Of a stretch of 64,000 nucleotides of DNA, positions 38,474 through 49,490 are shown one piece after another. The position numbers and the translations under genes are program-made. The notes beneath the pieces were generated by a model, which did not search any database, was not told where the DNA came from, and worked only from the letters and a program-made list of their open reading frames with translations. Source of the stretch: an uncultured Spirochaetota bacterium (lineage in GTDB: Bacteria > Spirochaetota > Brevinematia > Brevinematales > JAOACQ01); assembly GCA_963835575.1 (NCBI GenBank), contig CAWIGG010000004.1:832001-896000 (forward strand). Reading direction: 5' to 3'. Within the stretch, counting starts at the first letter, position 1; each line of letters begins with the position of its first letter.

Positions 38474-39448
38474 ATGAGAAGTTTATATGGAGTCATATTG
38501 TTATCGCTGGGTTTTTTGATAATGAATCAAATGTCTTTCGCGGACAGAATACGCGCTAAATTCGAGCCGCCCGAAGGGAAAAAACTCTTTATAATCGGGC
38601 AGGACAACAATACGATAGAGAATTATATCGCATCCAACAGCCATGTTCCGGCGGGCTTTATGCTGTACACTTCAATCCAGAAACTTGAAGGGCTTGATAA
38701 TGAATCGCCGGACTACGGTTCCGGTATTATGCATGCGGAAGAGCTCATCCGGAAATATCCCAATACAGTTCTCCAGATAGGTCTCTATATGGTAGGCGCG
38801 TTAAAGGAAACCTATGAAGGCCGGTATGACGGCAATATCCTGAGGCTGGCGGCATGGCTCAAAAAAATTAAAATCCCTGTTTTTTTACGCATCGGTTATG
38901 AATGCGACGGCCCCCATAACCGCTATAATCCCGACGATTATAAAAAGGCGTTCCGGCACATAGTCGATCTGCTCAGGCGGCAGAATGTTTATAATGCCGC
39001 TTATGTCTGGCATGTACATTCTCATAAGGCAAAACCGGGGCTGAACGCCTGGTATCCGGGCGATGATTATGTGGACTGGGTCGGCGTCAGTTATTTTGAT
39101 CAGCCGCAGAGCGTCATTGCCGCATCGGTTCAATTCGCCAATGATCATAAAAAGCCGGTCATGGTGGCTGAAGGGACGCCGAAAGGAGTGGGCAGCGGCC
39201 GCGGCCGTTATTCCTGGGAAGCCTGGTACGGCGATTTCTTTAATTTTATTAATAAGCATGAGATCAAGGCGGTTTGCTATATCAATAACAACTGGGATGA
39301 ACAGGAAATGTGGCGCGGCCAGGGATGGAAAGACGCGCGTGTCGAGGCGAATGAGTATGTAAAGAAACAATGGCTTAAAGAAATCAATAAAGACAAATAT
39401 TTGAAATCATCAAAAGAATTATATGATTCCTTAACTAATTCAAAGTGA
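38474..39448 (+). CDS. Secreted glycoside hydrolase family 26
   Basis: FLRIGYECDG, WYPGDDYVDWVGVSYF, KPVMVAE. Confidence 0.88.
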   Translation: MRSLYGVILLSLGFLIMNQMSFADRIRAKFEPPEGKKLFIIGQDNNTIENYIASNSHVPAGFMLYTSIQKLEGLDNESPDYGSGIMHAEELIRKYPNTVLQIGLYMVGALKETYEGRYDGNILRLAAWLKKIKIPVFLRIGYECDGPHNRYNPDDYKKAFRHIVDLLRRQNVYNAAYVWHVHSHKAKPGLNAWYPGDDYVDWVGVSYFDQPQSVIAASVQFANDHKKPVMVAEGTPKGVGSGRGRYSWEAWYGDFFNFINKHEIKAVCYINNNWDEQEMWRGQGWKDARVEANEYVKKQWLKEINKDKYLKSSKELYDSLTNSK

Positions 39449-39484
39449 AAAAGATATCCGGTAAAAAAAGATAAATTGGCCCGT

Positions 39485-41383
39485 TTAATAAAACTCGATC
39501 TGTTCTATCGAAATAGTTCCCGAGCCCTGGCTGCCGGGGATGGCCAGTTCAATATCATTCAGTCCCTGAAGATCGATTGTTTTATTGCCGGATTGATTTC
39601 CCCAGACCGGCCGGATATTGAAAGACTCAAAATTATAGATATAATTAGTCAAGATGCTGATCCCGTAAGATTCATCGGCGGAAAAGCTTTCGCCGTCGGC
39701 GCCGTTTACGCCCGGATATTTCTTTTTCCATACCTGGTCGACGCCGCTCTCATTAAGATAAATAATGAATTTCAATTTCTGGGGTACAGACATCCTGATA
39801 TTAAAACCTTTATAGCCCGTGGCATCATAATAGCCGGTTTTCTCAAAATTCGGCGGGAAAATAGAGATCCCGCAGCCCCATCCTGTGCCAGTGTTAAAAT
39901 TTAAAATCAGGGCCTTTTTCTTTTTCTGAATAGTGATCCTGGCATCATTATCGGAGTCGCCCCATGTTGTTATCAGGTTATTCAGGGCAGTGTTTGTGCT
40001 GAGGTAAACAGAGTCGAAATCAGGGTTTTTTCTGCCTTTTCTTACTGATATTATATCAGCCAGGCGGATGCTTCCCGGTTGTATATTAATTTGACTGTCC
40101 CTGTGAAGGGCTTGTATTTTGGGGTTTGTTTCGCGCATGGCTTTGATAAGCGGCTGATAGAGTCTGCCGTATATGTCCACCAGACCGTAATTGCTGTCTT
40201 CATCATCCGAAGCCCTGCCGTCCTGGGGGTCGTCAAAGAACTGGAACCAGTGATAGCCGACTATAAATGGAAGTTCCGCAAAGGATTTCGCGTATTTAAT
40301 AAAATGGTTCCCCCTTTCCTGCTGATTGGAAACGGTAGTATCGGGACCGACTTTATTCAAGAGGCCTGAAGTATTGTCCATGGAGCGGAAAGTGAATTCG
40401 GAAATGATCAGAGGCTTGCCGGCATAATAAGATAGAGCGGCAAGAAAGCTCCGGTCAATGTCCGGCAGGTTTTTATAATAGTTGATTGATACTGCATCGC
40501 AATATTTTCCTGATATTTTTACAACTGTTTCAGGAACAGAATTGGCAAAACGGTCGGAAAAGATGAGATGGTTTTTATCCAGGGCCCGGATTTTTTCCGT
40601 TATGACGTTGTAGTAGCGTTCCGCCACTATTGCGAGAAATTCATTGCGGAGCTTATTGATATTTTTTGAATTAAACTGGTACTGTTTTAAATCAGCGATA
40701 TCCTCAAATTTCTTTAAATTCAAGCCCCAGTCATTATTAAAACCTTGAATATCCTTATATTTCTGTTTCATGAAATCAATGACCCTTTTTTTACCGGCTG
40801 AATAACCCGGCAGTTCGAAATACATATCCAGCAGATAGGATTCATGGCCCATATAAAAAGAATAATCTCCGTACCAGTTCAGGTCATTCCCGACAAAATA
40901 ACCGATCAAATTCGGGTCATTTATATAGGGCTTACTCTGATCCCGGACGATGAATTCCATTTCTTTTTCAAACTGAGCGTCGAAAATATCGACAAGTTTG
41001 TTTTTATCGAATTTTTTATATTCAATAATGACCGTATAAGGGATTTTCTGTTTATAGATTTCCTCCGAAGACCAGCTTCCCATGGTATTAAATCCGATGT
41101 TTGTCAGAAAAGTGATCGTTTCTTTTGCCCAGGCCTCTTCAGTTTTGGATTTTAAGCCGTTGTAGTGATTCGCTCCGAGTTTGACGTCTTTATCCTCCGG
41201 GGTCACATTGCATATGCCGATGGAGAAGAACGGTTTATTGTCAGGCGTCTGGAACCACCATTTACCGCCGATTTTCTTCAATGTAATAAATTTCGAAAGG
41301 TTTGTCTGACTTTCTGAAAAATCCTGTTCAAAATTAAGAAAAAAAACCATTAAGATAAGAATATAACTAAAAATACGGATCAT
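39485..41383 (-). CDS. Secreted GH-A clan (GH50/agarase-like) protein with C-terminal carbohydrate-binding-like domain
   Basis: GKWWFQTPD, GFNTMGSWS, DPNLIGYFVGND, KPLIISEF, VGYHWFQFFD. Confidence 0.7.
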   Translation of the reverse strand: MIRIFSYILILMVFFLNFEQDFSESQTNLSKFITLKKIGGKWWFQTPDNKPFFSIGICNVTPEDKDVKLGANHYNGLKSKTEEAWAKETITFLTNIGFNTMGSWSSEEIYKQKIPYTVIIEYKKFDKNKLVDIFDAQFEKEMEFIVRDQSKPYINDPNLIGYFVGNDLNWYGDYSFYMGHESYLLDMYFELPGYSAGKKRVIDFMKQKYKDIQGFNNDWGLNLKKFEDIADLKQYQFNSKNINKLRNEFLAIVAERYYNVITEKIRALDKNHLIFSDRFANSVPETVVKISGKYCDAVSINYYKNLPDIDRSFLAALSYYAGKPLIISEFTFRSMDNTSGLLNKVGPDTTVSNQQERGNHFIKYAKSFAELPFIVGYHWFQFFDDPQDGRASDDEDSNYGLVDIYGRLYQPLIKAMRETNPKIQALHRDSQINIQPGSIRLADIISVRKGRKNPDFDSVYLSTNTALNNLITTWGDSDNDARITIQKKKKALILNFNTGTGWGCGISIFPPNFEKTGYYDATGYKGFNIRMSVPQKLKFIIYLNESGVDQVWKKKYPGVNGADGESFSADESYGISILTNYIYNFESFNIRPVWGNQSGNKTIDLQGLNDIELAIPGSQGSGTISIEQIEFY

Positions 41384-42955
41384 TTAAACCTCCTGCCGTT
41401 TTAAAGCGCGTTTTTTTAACTGGACCTTGATTAAAAAAATAATCAAATAGACAATCAGAAAGACCTGGGTCAATATCAGCAGAATAAACCATCCTAAAAA
41501 AGGATAGGATTCCCATAGCCTGAAAGTGATATTTTTAAGAAGAACCGCATTGAGAAGGTTATAAGTCTCTATGGAGATTATCGCGGCCGATATGATTATA
41601 AAACTGATGAAATGCTTGGAAACAGTATGGACCTTTTTCTGGGAAGGCACCCATTCCAGTTTTCTATTGATGATCATCACAAGAAGAGTATAGAAATAGG
41701 TAAAAGACTGAAGGGTGGAAGCCACAATAGATCCGATATTCACTCTTTTTAAGCGGTATAAAGGCTGTATGAGGAACATAAACAGGAAATACGGAATAAA
41801 ATATACAAAGTAACGGGTATCGATCGTATGATGTTCTATAGTCATCATAACGCTGAATAAAAGAATGACCAGAATTGAGAATGCCTCTGCTATATAATAG
41901 AAAATATTTGAAAGATAAGACAACCGGATAGGAAAGCCGATGGGCGCTTTAAACATTTTTTTGGAGAATAAAAGCCTCATACAGCTGTAGCACCACCGCC
42001 GGTGCTGGTTGAAATAAGCCTGCGGGTCTTCAGGGCTGCGTCCCTGCGCCAATATCAGCGGGATGTACAGGATATAATCCCCGCTGGCGGTAACATTAAA
42101 ACCCGTTTCAAAATCCTCGCACCATGAGACCGGCGCTATTCCGCCGGCCTTTTTGAGGCTTGACCTTCTGTATAAAACATTTGTCCCCACGCATATCGCC
42201 CCATGGAAATTATTGCGGGACGGCTGAATGATCTTGTAGAAATCCTCCTGCAGAGAGGCTGACCCTTTTGTCAGGATTGTGTCTTTGTAATCCGAGTCTT
42301 TTTCCAGAAAAAATTGGGGGGATTGTATGATCCCGGTTTTTTCATCGGAAAAATACGGCAGCAGGTCTTTTAAAAATTCCTTTTCGGGTTTGAAATCGGC
42401 GTCAAATATGGCAATGAATTCTCCTTCAGTATAGCCCATGGCATATCTGATATTTCCGGCTTTTTTTAAAAAACCTTTATCCGGCCTGCTGATATAACCT
42501 ATGCCGAGCTCTTCAGAGAGATTTTTGATTCCTGTGTCTCTGGAATCATCAAGAATAAATATTTTTTTATTTTCATAGTCAACATTCTTCGCGGCCAGGC
42601 AAGTCTGTTTTATAATGGCAATTCCTTCTCCGCTGTAGGGAATGAAGATATCCACGGAGGGCCTGTTTTTATTATCCAGCCAGAATCTTTCTGCCCATTC
42701 CTGATGAAATTGGGGCTGGAATTTTTTATAAAACAGGTTAAAAATATAATGAGTGGTATAATAAAACAAAAAGACCGCTATCAGCGGCGTGAAAATAATA
42801 AAAAAAGCCGTATTGCGGATGCAGAGCAGAATAAGACCGAAGATCATGATTAAACTTGTTAATAAACCAATTATATTGATGATCTTAGTATAGAGCTCAT
42901 TATAATCGGAATAATAGTATTTCATAGGCGGTGATGGACGCTTTGTGTTTTTCAT
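41384..42955 (-). CDS. GT2 processive polysaccharide synthase (cellulose-synthase-like)
   Basis: ILDD, KAGN, FDADF, QSPQ, GTN, CED, QHRRW; N- and C-terminal TM helices. Confidence 0.88.
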   Translation of the reverse strand: MKNTKRPSPPMKYYYSDYNELYTKIINIIGLLTSLIMIFGLILLCIRNTAFFIIFTPLIAVFLFYYTTHYIFNLFYKKFQPQFHQEWAERFWLDNKNRPSVDIFIPYSGEGIAIIKQTCLAAKNVDYENKKIFILDDSRDTGIKNLSEELGIGYISRPDKGFLKKAGNIRYAMGYTEGEFIAIFDADFKPEKEFLKDLLPYFSDEKTGIIQSPQFFLEKDSDYKDTILTKGSASLQEDFYKIIQPSRNNFHGAICVGTNVLYRRSSLKKAGGIAPVSWCEDFETGFNVTASGDYILYIPLILAQGRSPEDPQAYFNQHRRWCYSCMRLLFSKKMFKAPIGFPIRLSYLSNIFYYIAEAFSILVILLFSVMMTIEHHTIDTRYFVYFIPYFLFMFLIQPLYRLKRVNIGSIVASTLQSFTYFYTLLVMIINRKLEWVPSQKKVHTVSKHFISFIIISAAIISIETYNLLNAVLLKNITFRLWESYPFLGWFILLILTQVFLIVYLIIFLIKVQLKKRALKRQEV

Positions 42956-43196
42956 AAAACCCCGTTCTTAATTTTTAATAATTCTTATATAAAGCTAACA
43001 AATGTTTGTGAATAAGGCAAAAATACTTTATAAAAAGGATAAATACCTTGTGAATTACAGACAATTTCAAAGCTTCATTTTGCATAGCGGCATTTATTGA
43101 TTATTTAATAATATCAACATACTATTTCTTAATAATTCCATTACTTTGTTGGATTAAAAGTTATAAAGAACCCGGCATTATTATTGCCGCTTCGAG

Positions 43197-43922
43197 CTAA
43201 TGCTTTCTTATAAAACCCTTTATTTCGACCAATGCCTTGTCTCTGACCTCATCCTTTTCCATCAGGATTTCGTGGTATGAACTTTCGAACAGCACTTTCT
43301 TGCAGCCTTTGATCCTTGAGGCCGCCTCATTCATTCCGCCCGGATTGACTATCTTATCGTCCTCTGCCTGCAGGAACAAAACGGGTATTTTGACTTTATC
43401 CGCTTTCTTCAAAGCGGTATTCCCGACGTCCAGACAAACCTTGATCCAGTTAAAATTGGCTCCACCCAGGGTTATTGACGGGTTTTCCGGCACATAATAT
43501 TTTTCCCATAAAAACCAGCGCTGGAAATCCCTTGAATTCAAATTCTTATCAAACTCCGGTACAATTCTGTAGCCCTGCCCCGTCGCGAAAGACTGACCCT
43601 GTCCGAGGCAGACGTTCAAGCCGCTGAACAGCCCGGCGAGCCATTTCGGAAAAGAGCCGGTGTTCATATCGACCAGCGGCGAAGAGAGGATAGCGCCGTT
43701 AAAATCGTCCGGGTATTCTTCTATAAACCGGAGGGCTTCCAATCCTCCCAGGGAATGGCCCAGGATAAAAAGCTTTTTCGGCATATCGGGCTTGATGATT
43801 TTTTCGACAAAAACCCTGACGTCGGTCAGATAATCGTCAAAATCTTTGACATAGAGTTTTTGAGTGTCCGGCAGCAGCCTTTCGGAAAAACCCATGCCTC
43901 TATGATCGAAAATGTATATTGA
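43197..43922 (-). pseudogene. Lysophospholipase-like alpha/beta hydrolase, 5'-truncated
   Basis: Frame begins at IYIFDHRGMGFS with a stop just upstream; GHSLGG and HEILME intact. Confidence 0.75.
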
Positions 43923-44896
43923 AAATTATTGACATGAAAGGCGCAGCCGTATTGCCCGGCTTCTTTAATACGCATGTCCATAACGCCTATAATGAAAATA
44001 ATTTAAAAACCTGGGCCGGATCGGGGATCACCACCGTCAGGGATTTATCGACAGGCCTGAATTCCCTGGACAGCGCTTTAATTATGCGCGACAGGACTTT
44101 AAAAGACCCATATCTGGCCAGGATCGTATCCGCCGGGACCGGGATAACCGTGCCGGAGGGCTATCCGGTCAGGCAGTTCCATATGGATTCTGTTCTGGCC
44201 GCAACGCCGGAGGAAGCCGGGACGAAAACAGAATGGCTTCTGAATAAAGGCGTTGACGTCATAAAGATATTTCTGGAAAGCGGTAAAATCTTTCTCTATG
44301 CCAATCTTAAATGGCCCGTCCTGACAAAGGAAGAAGTAATCAATATTATAGAAGCCGCTCATAAAAGGGGTACAATTGTCACCGCCCATGTCAGCGATTC
44401 GTCCGATTTGAAGTTGGCCCTGGAATGCGGGGTCGATGATATCGCCCATATGGTCACGGATGAGCTCAAGGATGATGAGCTTGTTAATATAATGGTTTTA
44501 AACAATATCTACTGGGTCCCTACGCTCGAGCTCTGGAAAGGGGTCCATCTGGACAGATATACTACAAATAATCTCAGGCGGTTTATTCAAGCCGGGGGCA
44601 GAACCGCCCTGGGGACGGATTATGCCGGCTATTCCATGCCTTTTCAATTAGGGATGCCTATCCTGGAAATGGAGCTGATGCTTGATGCCGGTATGACGCC
44701 GATGCTGGTCATCATGGCCGGGACAAAAAACGCGGCCCATGTCTGCAGCAGGGAAGCGGTTCTTGGGACATTGGAGACAAATAAGATCGCCGATATCATT
44801 GCCGTCGGCGGCAACCCTCTTCAAGACATTCACTGCCTGACGAATGCCCTGTTTGTCATGAAAAGCGGTGTTATAATAAAAAATACGCTTAAATAA
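43919..44896 (+). pseudogene. Amidohydrolase family protein, probably 5'-truncated
   Basis: Starts at KIIDMKGAAVLPGFFNTHVH, lacking the usual N-terminal beta-strands and an RBS; TAH, IAH, GTD present. Confidence 0.65.
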
Positions 44897-44911
44897 AAGG
44901 AGGATAGAAGA

Positions 44912-45796
44912 ATGACTTTTTTCAGGAAAGCATTGCTTTTAGCGTGCCTTATTTTCTTTTCAGGAGGATGGTTTTATGCCGGGGAACTTCCTGCCGGCTG
45001 GAAGATCGCGTTCCAGTCAAAATACTCCGATGACAAAAAAATGTATGTTGCCGGGTTTTTAAACGATAAGTTCGGAGTTATGGCCGGTTACGCCGGCGCC
45101 GTTTTCTATACATCGGACGGCGGGAAAACATGGTACGGCGGAAAGAACACTTCATGGTGCCGGTGGGGAATGGACATACTGGATGAAAAAACCGCTTATA
45201 CCTGCGGCAATAGCGGGCATAACCGGATCTCGAAGGACGGAGGCGTTACATGGACGCTTTTGTCGGATTACGGCGGGATGGAACCGGACAATGGAAAGTT
45301 CATTTCTTTTGCCGACAGGGATAACGGCTGGGCTGCCGCACGGCTTAAGCTTGCTTCGACCCGGGATGGAGGGTTGACATGGAATGAAATCGCGCTGCCC
45401 CCGGACTCAAAAATGCTTTATGCCGTAACTCTGCGTAAAAAGGATGAAGGATATATTCTGGACAGGACGGGCCAGCTCTTTGAAACAAAAGACGGCGGTA
45501 AAAGCTGGAACAAAATGCATTTTGAATTAAACGGAAGAACGATTATTCCATTTCCTTTTAACAACGCTGTCGCTTCCGTCGGTTTTTGGGATGAAAAAAA
45601 CGGAAAGGTTATTTTGTTTATGGTCAAACCCGAAAGGCAGTGGGTTTCGTATATAACTTCGGATGGTGGAAAATCCTGGAAGGAAGAAAGCCTTCCAATC
45701 AATACTTTTGGGGCCGTATACCTTTCTCATGACGGAAAAACCCTTTCCATCACGGATACAATAGATAAAATGATAACAGTACTACACCCCCTGTAA
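44912..45796 (+). CDS. Secreted YCF48/BNR-repeat beta-propeller protein
   Basis: Five (S/T)xDGGxxW repeats; signal peptide. Confidence 0.85.
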   Translation: MTFFRKALLLACLIFFSGGWFYAGELPAGWKIAFQSKYSDDKKMYVAGFLNDKFGVMAGYAGAVFYTSDGGKTWYGGKNTSWCRWGMDILDEKTAYTCGNSGHNRISKDGGVTWTLLSDYGGMEPDNGKFISFADRDNGWAAARLKLASTRDGGLTWNEIALPPDSKMLYAVTLRKKDEGYILDRTGQLFETKDGGKSWNKMHFELNGRTIIPFPFNNAVASVGFWDEKNGKVILFMVKPERQWVSYITSDGGKSWKEESLPINTFGAVYLSHDGKTLSITDTIDKMITVLHPL

Positions 45797-45817
45797 GTAC
45801 CAGACTATCAAGTAAAG

Positions 45818-45850
45818 CGGCCTTGTTTTAAAAACAAGGCCGTTATTTTA
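45818..45850. terminator. Hairpin between convergent genes
   Basis: CGGCCTTGTTTT-A-AAAACAAGGCCG. Confidence 0.65.
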
Positions 45851-45904
45851 TAGAATATCAAACAGCTCAATTCAGGAATAATAAACTTCTGAAAGAAAAG
45901 GTTT

Positions 45905-46000
45905 TTAAAATTTTATAAAGTGGCCGAGCCAGAACATAAAGGCAACGGCAAAAACATGCAGAATCCACCAGCCCAGCTTGAATAATAATATCTTACTCAT
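45905..46000 (-). CDS. 31-aa single-TM small protein
   Basis: GGGAGG RBS; MSKILLFKLGWWILHVFAVAFMFWLGHFIKF*; similar to the C-terminus of the upstream gene. Confidence 0.75.
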   Translation of the reverse strand: MSKILLFKLGWWILHVFAVAFMFWLGHFIKF

Positions 46001-46011
46001 ATAATCCTCCC

Positions 46012-46479
46012 TTATTTCCACAGAATGTGGCCGAGGTAATACACTATGCTCAGGGCAGCCAGATGCACTCCCCAGTAGCCCATATTCGGGTAGCGGAAAA
46101 AGCGCCCCTTATGCCGCGGCGCATCAAGATTATTGGTGTTTGTCATCTCCAGATCAAACAAAAGCTTGCCGATGAAAAACACGCCCCAGAGTATAAGAAT
46201 GTCAGGCAATATAGGATGCTTAACCAATCCATAATGCACCATTGTTATGGTGCCGATGATAGCAAGCATTCCGTTGGTCAGATAGGCAAAGGGAATGAGC
46301 TTTTTGAAGCAGAACATCGTGGAAACAACCAGGACGCTGATGATCCCGGCGAAAAACGGAACAAAATTGGCCGGAAGCTTCTGAATGGGGTGAATCCCCA
46401 GATGAAGCAGAAAACCGCCCAATGAGATGCAAACCAGTGTAGTAATGAGAACAATCTTCAGGTATTTTTTCTGGACCAT
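46012..46479 (-). CDS. Hypothetical His-containing membrane protein
   Basis: GGGAGG RBS; about 5 TM helices. Confidence 0.8.
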   Translation of the reverse strand: MVQKKYLKIVLITTLVCISLGGFLLHLGIHPIQKLPANFVPFFAGIISVLVVSTMFCFKKLIPFAYLTNGMLAIIGTITMVHYGLVKHPILPDILILWGVFFIGKLLFDLEMTNTNNLDAPRHKGRFFRYPNMGYWGVHLAALSIVYYLGHILWK

Positions 46480-46808
46480 ATAGACCTCCCTTTTTAATGT
46501 TTATCAGGTGTTTTTAGGATTTGTATAGATTCAGCCTCATTCCCGCCAAATTATATAAAAAAATGAATTATAAACCGGGATAAAGGAAAATAATAATCTT
46601 CCGGCTGTTAGTCAAACAGCTTTTGTTAAAAAGCATATTGAAAATTATATTGATAAGAATTTTGCAGACCGGTTTCAGGTCATTTGGAATTTATATTTGA
46701 CATTTGCTGTGTTAATTCATACCTTTCTATATATATTATTAATTTGCATTATTATGAATCTTTTTTTATGATTTTAGACTTAACAGTTTATATTACAGGA
46801 ATTTTTGC

Positions 46809-48197
46809 ATGTGGAATTTTATGAAAGTCTTTTGCAGTTTATTATTATGCTTATTTATTGCCGGATATATCTATCCCGGTGATGTTTTAACCCTGACCCT
46901 CAGCAATGCCCTGGATCTGGCATTAAAGAACAATCTGGACGTTCTTCAAGCCGATAAAGATGTCCGTGTGGCGGAAGCTCTGGTGGGGCAGAGCTATGCC
47001 GATTTGCTCATTCCTACTGTTACCGCATCGGGCAATTTCAGTTATCTTGACCCGAAAACGGCCAGCAAGGGAGTTGTCACCGAGCCCTACGGGTCGCAGA
47101 ATGCTGTCATCACAAATACTTTTCCGGACAACTATTCAGGAGCATTAGGCATTACAAAACCGCTTTTCCAGGGATTCAAATACTGGAACGCCGCTGTGAC
47201 GCAGAGGCTGAACCTTGTCCTCGCGCAGAACAAGCTGCAGGACACTATAAAGAACGTTCAGATGACCATCATGACGAATTTTTATGATCTTTTTCTTTAC
47301 CGTGAAAATGTCCGGATCAACAATGAAATCGATCAAAACCTGAAAGGAAAAGTGGACTCCGCCGAGATCAGCAATAAAAGAGGCATGATATCGGAGCTGG
47401 ATTATTTGAAGGCCATACTTCCATATAAAACAAATATCCCCAAGCTTACCAAGGCAAGGCATGATGAAATTTCCGCCAAAGTCGCGCTCTGTGATTCTCT
47501 TAATTTAACTAATTATGATGGAGTGGAATTTATCGGGAGTTTTCTGGATATTACCAATTATGCCGGGGAAGAGACCAATGAAGAGTATCTTTTTATTGAA
47601 ACTGTTTCCAACGATATTACCCTCCAGACGATTGTCTATAATATCGACAGCGCGAAATTGACCAAACAGACGCAGGAATGGTCCCGCCTGCCGTCGTTAA
47701 CGGCCGGTTTCAATTATGATTATGATTATAAGAAAAATGATTTTTCTTCATTTGATAATACACGGTACTGGCAGCCTTCCTGGACATTTAATTTACAGCT
47801 TTCCATGCCAATCGATGATCTTCTGCCTTTTTCCTCATCGGCAAAAAATATTGAGTCTCAGGATGAAAACATAAAAAAACTGGAATTTTCGCGGCAGAGC
47901 CAGGTGAATACCTTAAGAGAAACTGTAATAACATCACTCCATCAGATAGAGGAATTGAAGGAAACGGCTCAAAGCCAGGCCGATAACCTGGAAATCGCGC
48001 GGAGAACACTGGAGATGACAAAACTGCAGCTGGGAAGGGGTAACGTGACCGGGCTTGATCTTCAGGACGCGCAGATCAGCTATGACCAGGCCCTTCTGGC
48101 GTATTACCAGTCTTTGTACGATTATATTTCTGCGGTTTTGAAGCAAAGGCGGACGAGCGGATTAAGCTTGTTCGGAAAGAGTTTTCCGAAAACATAA
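46809..48197 (+). CDS. TolC family outer membrane protein
   Basis: LTLSNALDLALKNN, ITKPLFQG, two helical repeats; first gene of efflux operon. Confidence 0.88.
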   Translation: MWNFMKVFCSLLLCLFIAGYIYPGDVLTLTLSNALDLALKNNLDVLQADKDVRVAEALVGQSYADLLIPTVTASGNFSYLDPKTASKGVVTEPYGSQNAVITNTFPDNYSGALGITKPLFQGFKYWNAAVTQRLNLVLAQNKLQDTIKNVQMTIMTNFYDLFLYRENVRINNEIDQNLKGKVDSAEISNKRGMISELDYLKAILPYKTNIPKLTKARHDEISAKVALCDSLNLTNYDGVEFIGSFLDITNYAGEETNEEYLFIETVSNDITLQTIVYNIDSAKLTKQTQEWSRLPSLTAGFNYDYDYKKNDFSSFDNTRYWQPSWTFNLQLSMPIDDLLPFSSSAKNIESQDENIKKLEFSRQSQVNTLRETVITSLHQIEELKETAQSQADNLEIARRTLEMTKLQLGRGNVTGLDLQDAQISYDQALLAYYQSLYDYISAVLKQRRTSGLSLFGKSFPKT

Positions 48198-48221
48198 ACT
48201 GTGAGAAGAGAGGAAGAGGAT

Positions 48222-49478
48222 ATGAAAAAAAGAACTTTGCTGATTATCGGCATTGCGGTTGTTATTATCGCCGCCGTTGTTATATTCCTGAATCTGCCCC
48301 ATAAGCAATATTTTCAGTATGTGAATATTCAGAGAGGGGATATAGAACAGACAATAGCCAGCACCGGTAACCTTCAGTTTGATAAAACGAATAATGTCAA
48401 CGCGCAGATCGCCGGGACAATTGCCGGGGTTTATACGGATTTTAATAAAAAGGTTTATAAAGGCCAGCTTCTGACCAAGCTTGATGATTCCCTTCTTGCG
48501 GCGGCTGTGGATGAAGCAAAAGCCAATCTGGATAACGCAAAAGCGCTGCTTATAAAAGCCCAGCAGGATTATGATGATGCCAAAGCCCTTTTTGATCAGA
48601 AATTTAAGGCCCAAACGGACCTGAATACGGCCGCGAATACCCTTGTAAGCGCAAAGGTCGCGGTTGAAACGATGCAGGCGGAATTGGAAAAAGCGCAGAT
48701 CAATTTGAAATATGCTTATATCCGGTCCCCCATGAACGGTTTTGTTGTCCAGAAAAACGCCGAAATCGGCCAGGTTGTCAGTACCGGAAGCATTCCTCTT
48801 TTCATCATCGCTTCCGACAGGTCTAAAATGCAGATCCTGGCGGCGGTCGCCGAAGGGGATATCAGCCAGGTAAAGCGGGGAGAAAAGTCCCGTTTTACAG
48901 TGCAGGCCTACAGCGATAAAACATTCAACGGCACTGTGAGCGATATTTATCTTCAGCCTGTCATCATACAGAATGTCGTCAATTTTACTGTTGTCATAGA
49001 TTTTATTGATAAGGAAGGCCTCCTTATGCCTGGAATGACGGCCACAATCGACATCGTCACGGATTCGAGGACCAATATTTTAAAAATCCCGAACAGCGTC
49101 CTGAAGTTCCGGCCTACACAGCAGATGTACAGGCAGTTCTTCGGCAATGCCACGAATAATAATATGAACCGGTTCAGAGGAACAAACCAGGGAATGGCAA
49201 ACCGCCAGACCGGCCAGCAAAGTATGAGGACAAACCAGCAGAACGGGACGGTACTCTGGATTTCGGATGAAAAAACCGGCAGGGTTCAGCCTGTAAGGGT
49301 TAAATTAGGAATGTCTGACGGCCAGATGACGGAAATAGAATCGGACAGAATCAGCGAGGGGATGAGCGTCATCAGCGGCCTGTCCAATCAGAACGGCCAG
49401 TCCGGCCGGAACATAAGTCAAAGTACATCGCCCTTCCAGGGTGCTTTTCCGGGCGGCGGCGGCATGGGCATGCGCTAA
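48222..49478 (+). CDS. Efflux periplasmic adaptor subunit (MacA-like)
   Basis: VNAQIAGTI..KGQLL, IRSPMNG, LMPGMTA. Confidence 0.92.
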   Translation: MKKRTLLIIGIAVVIIAAVVIFLNLPHKQYFQYVNIQRGDIEQTIASTGNLQFDKTNNVNAQIAGTIAGVYTDFNKKVYKGQLLTKLDDSLLAAAVDEAKANLDNAKALLIKAQQDYDDAKALFDQKFKAQTDLNTAANTLVSAKVAVETMQAELEKAQINLKYAYIRSPMNGFVVQKNAEIGQVVSTGSIPLFIIASDRSKMQILAAVAEGDISQVKRGEKSRFTVQAYSDKTFNGTVSDIYLQPVIIQNVVNFTVVIDFIDKEGLLMPGMTATIDIVTDSRTNILKIPNSVLKFRPTQQMYRQFFGNATNNNMNRFRGTNQGMANRQTGQQSMRTNQQNGTVLWISDEKTGRVQPVRVKLGMSDGQMTEIESDRISEGMSVISGLSNQNGQSGRNISQSTSPFQGAFPGGGGMGMR

Positions 49479-49490
49479 AAAGAGGATAAA

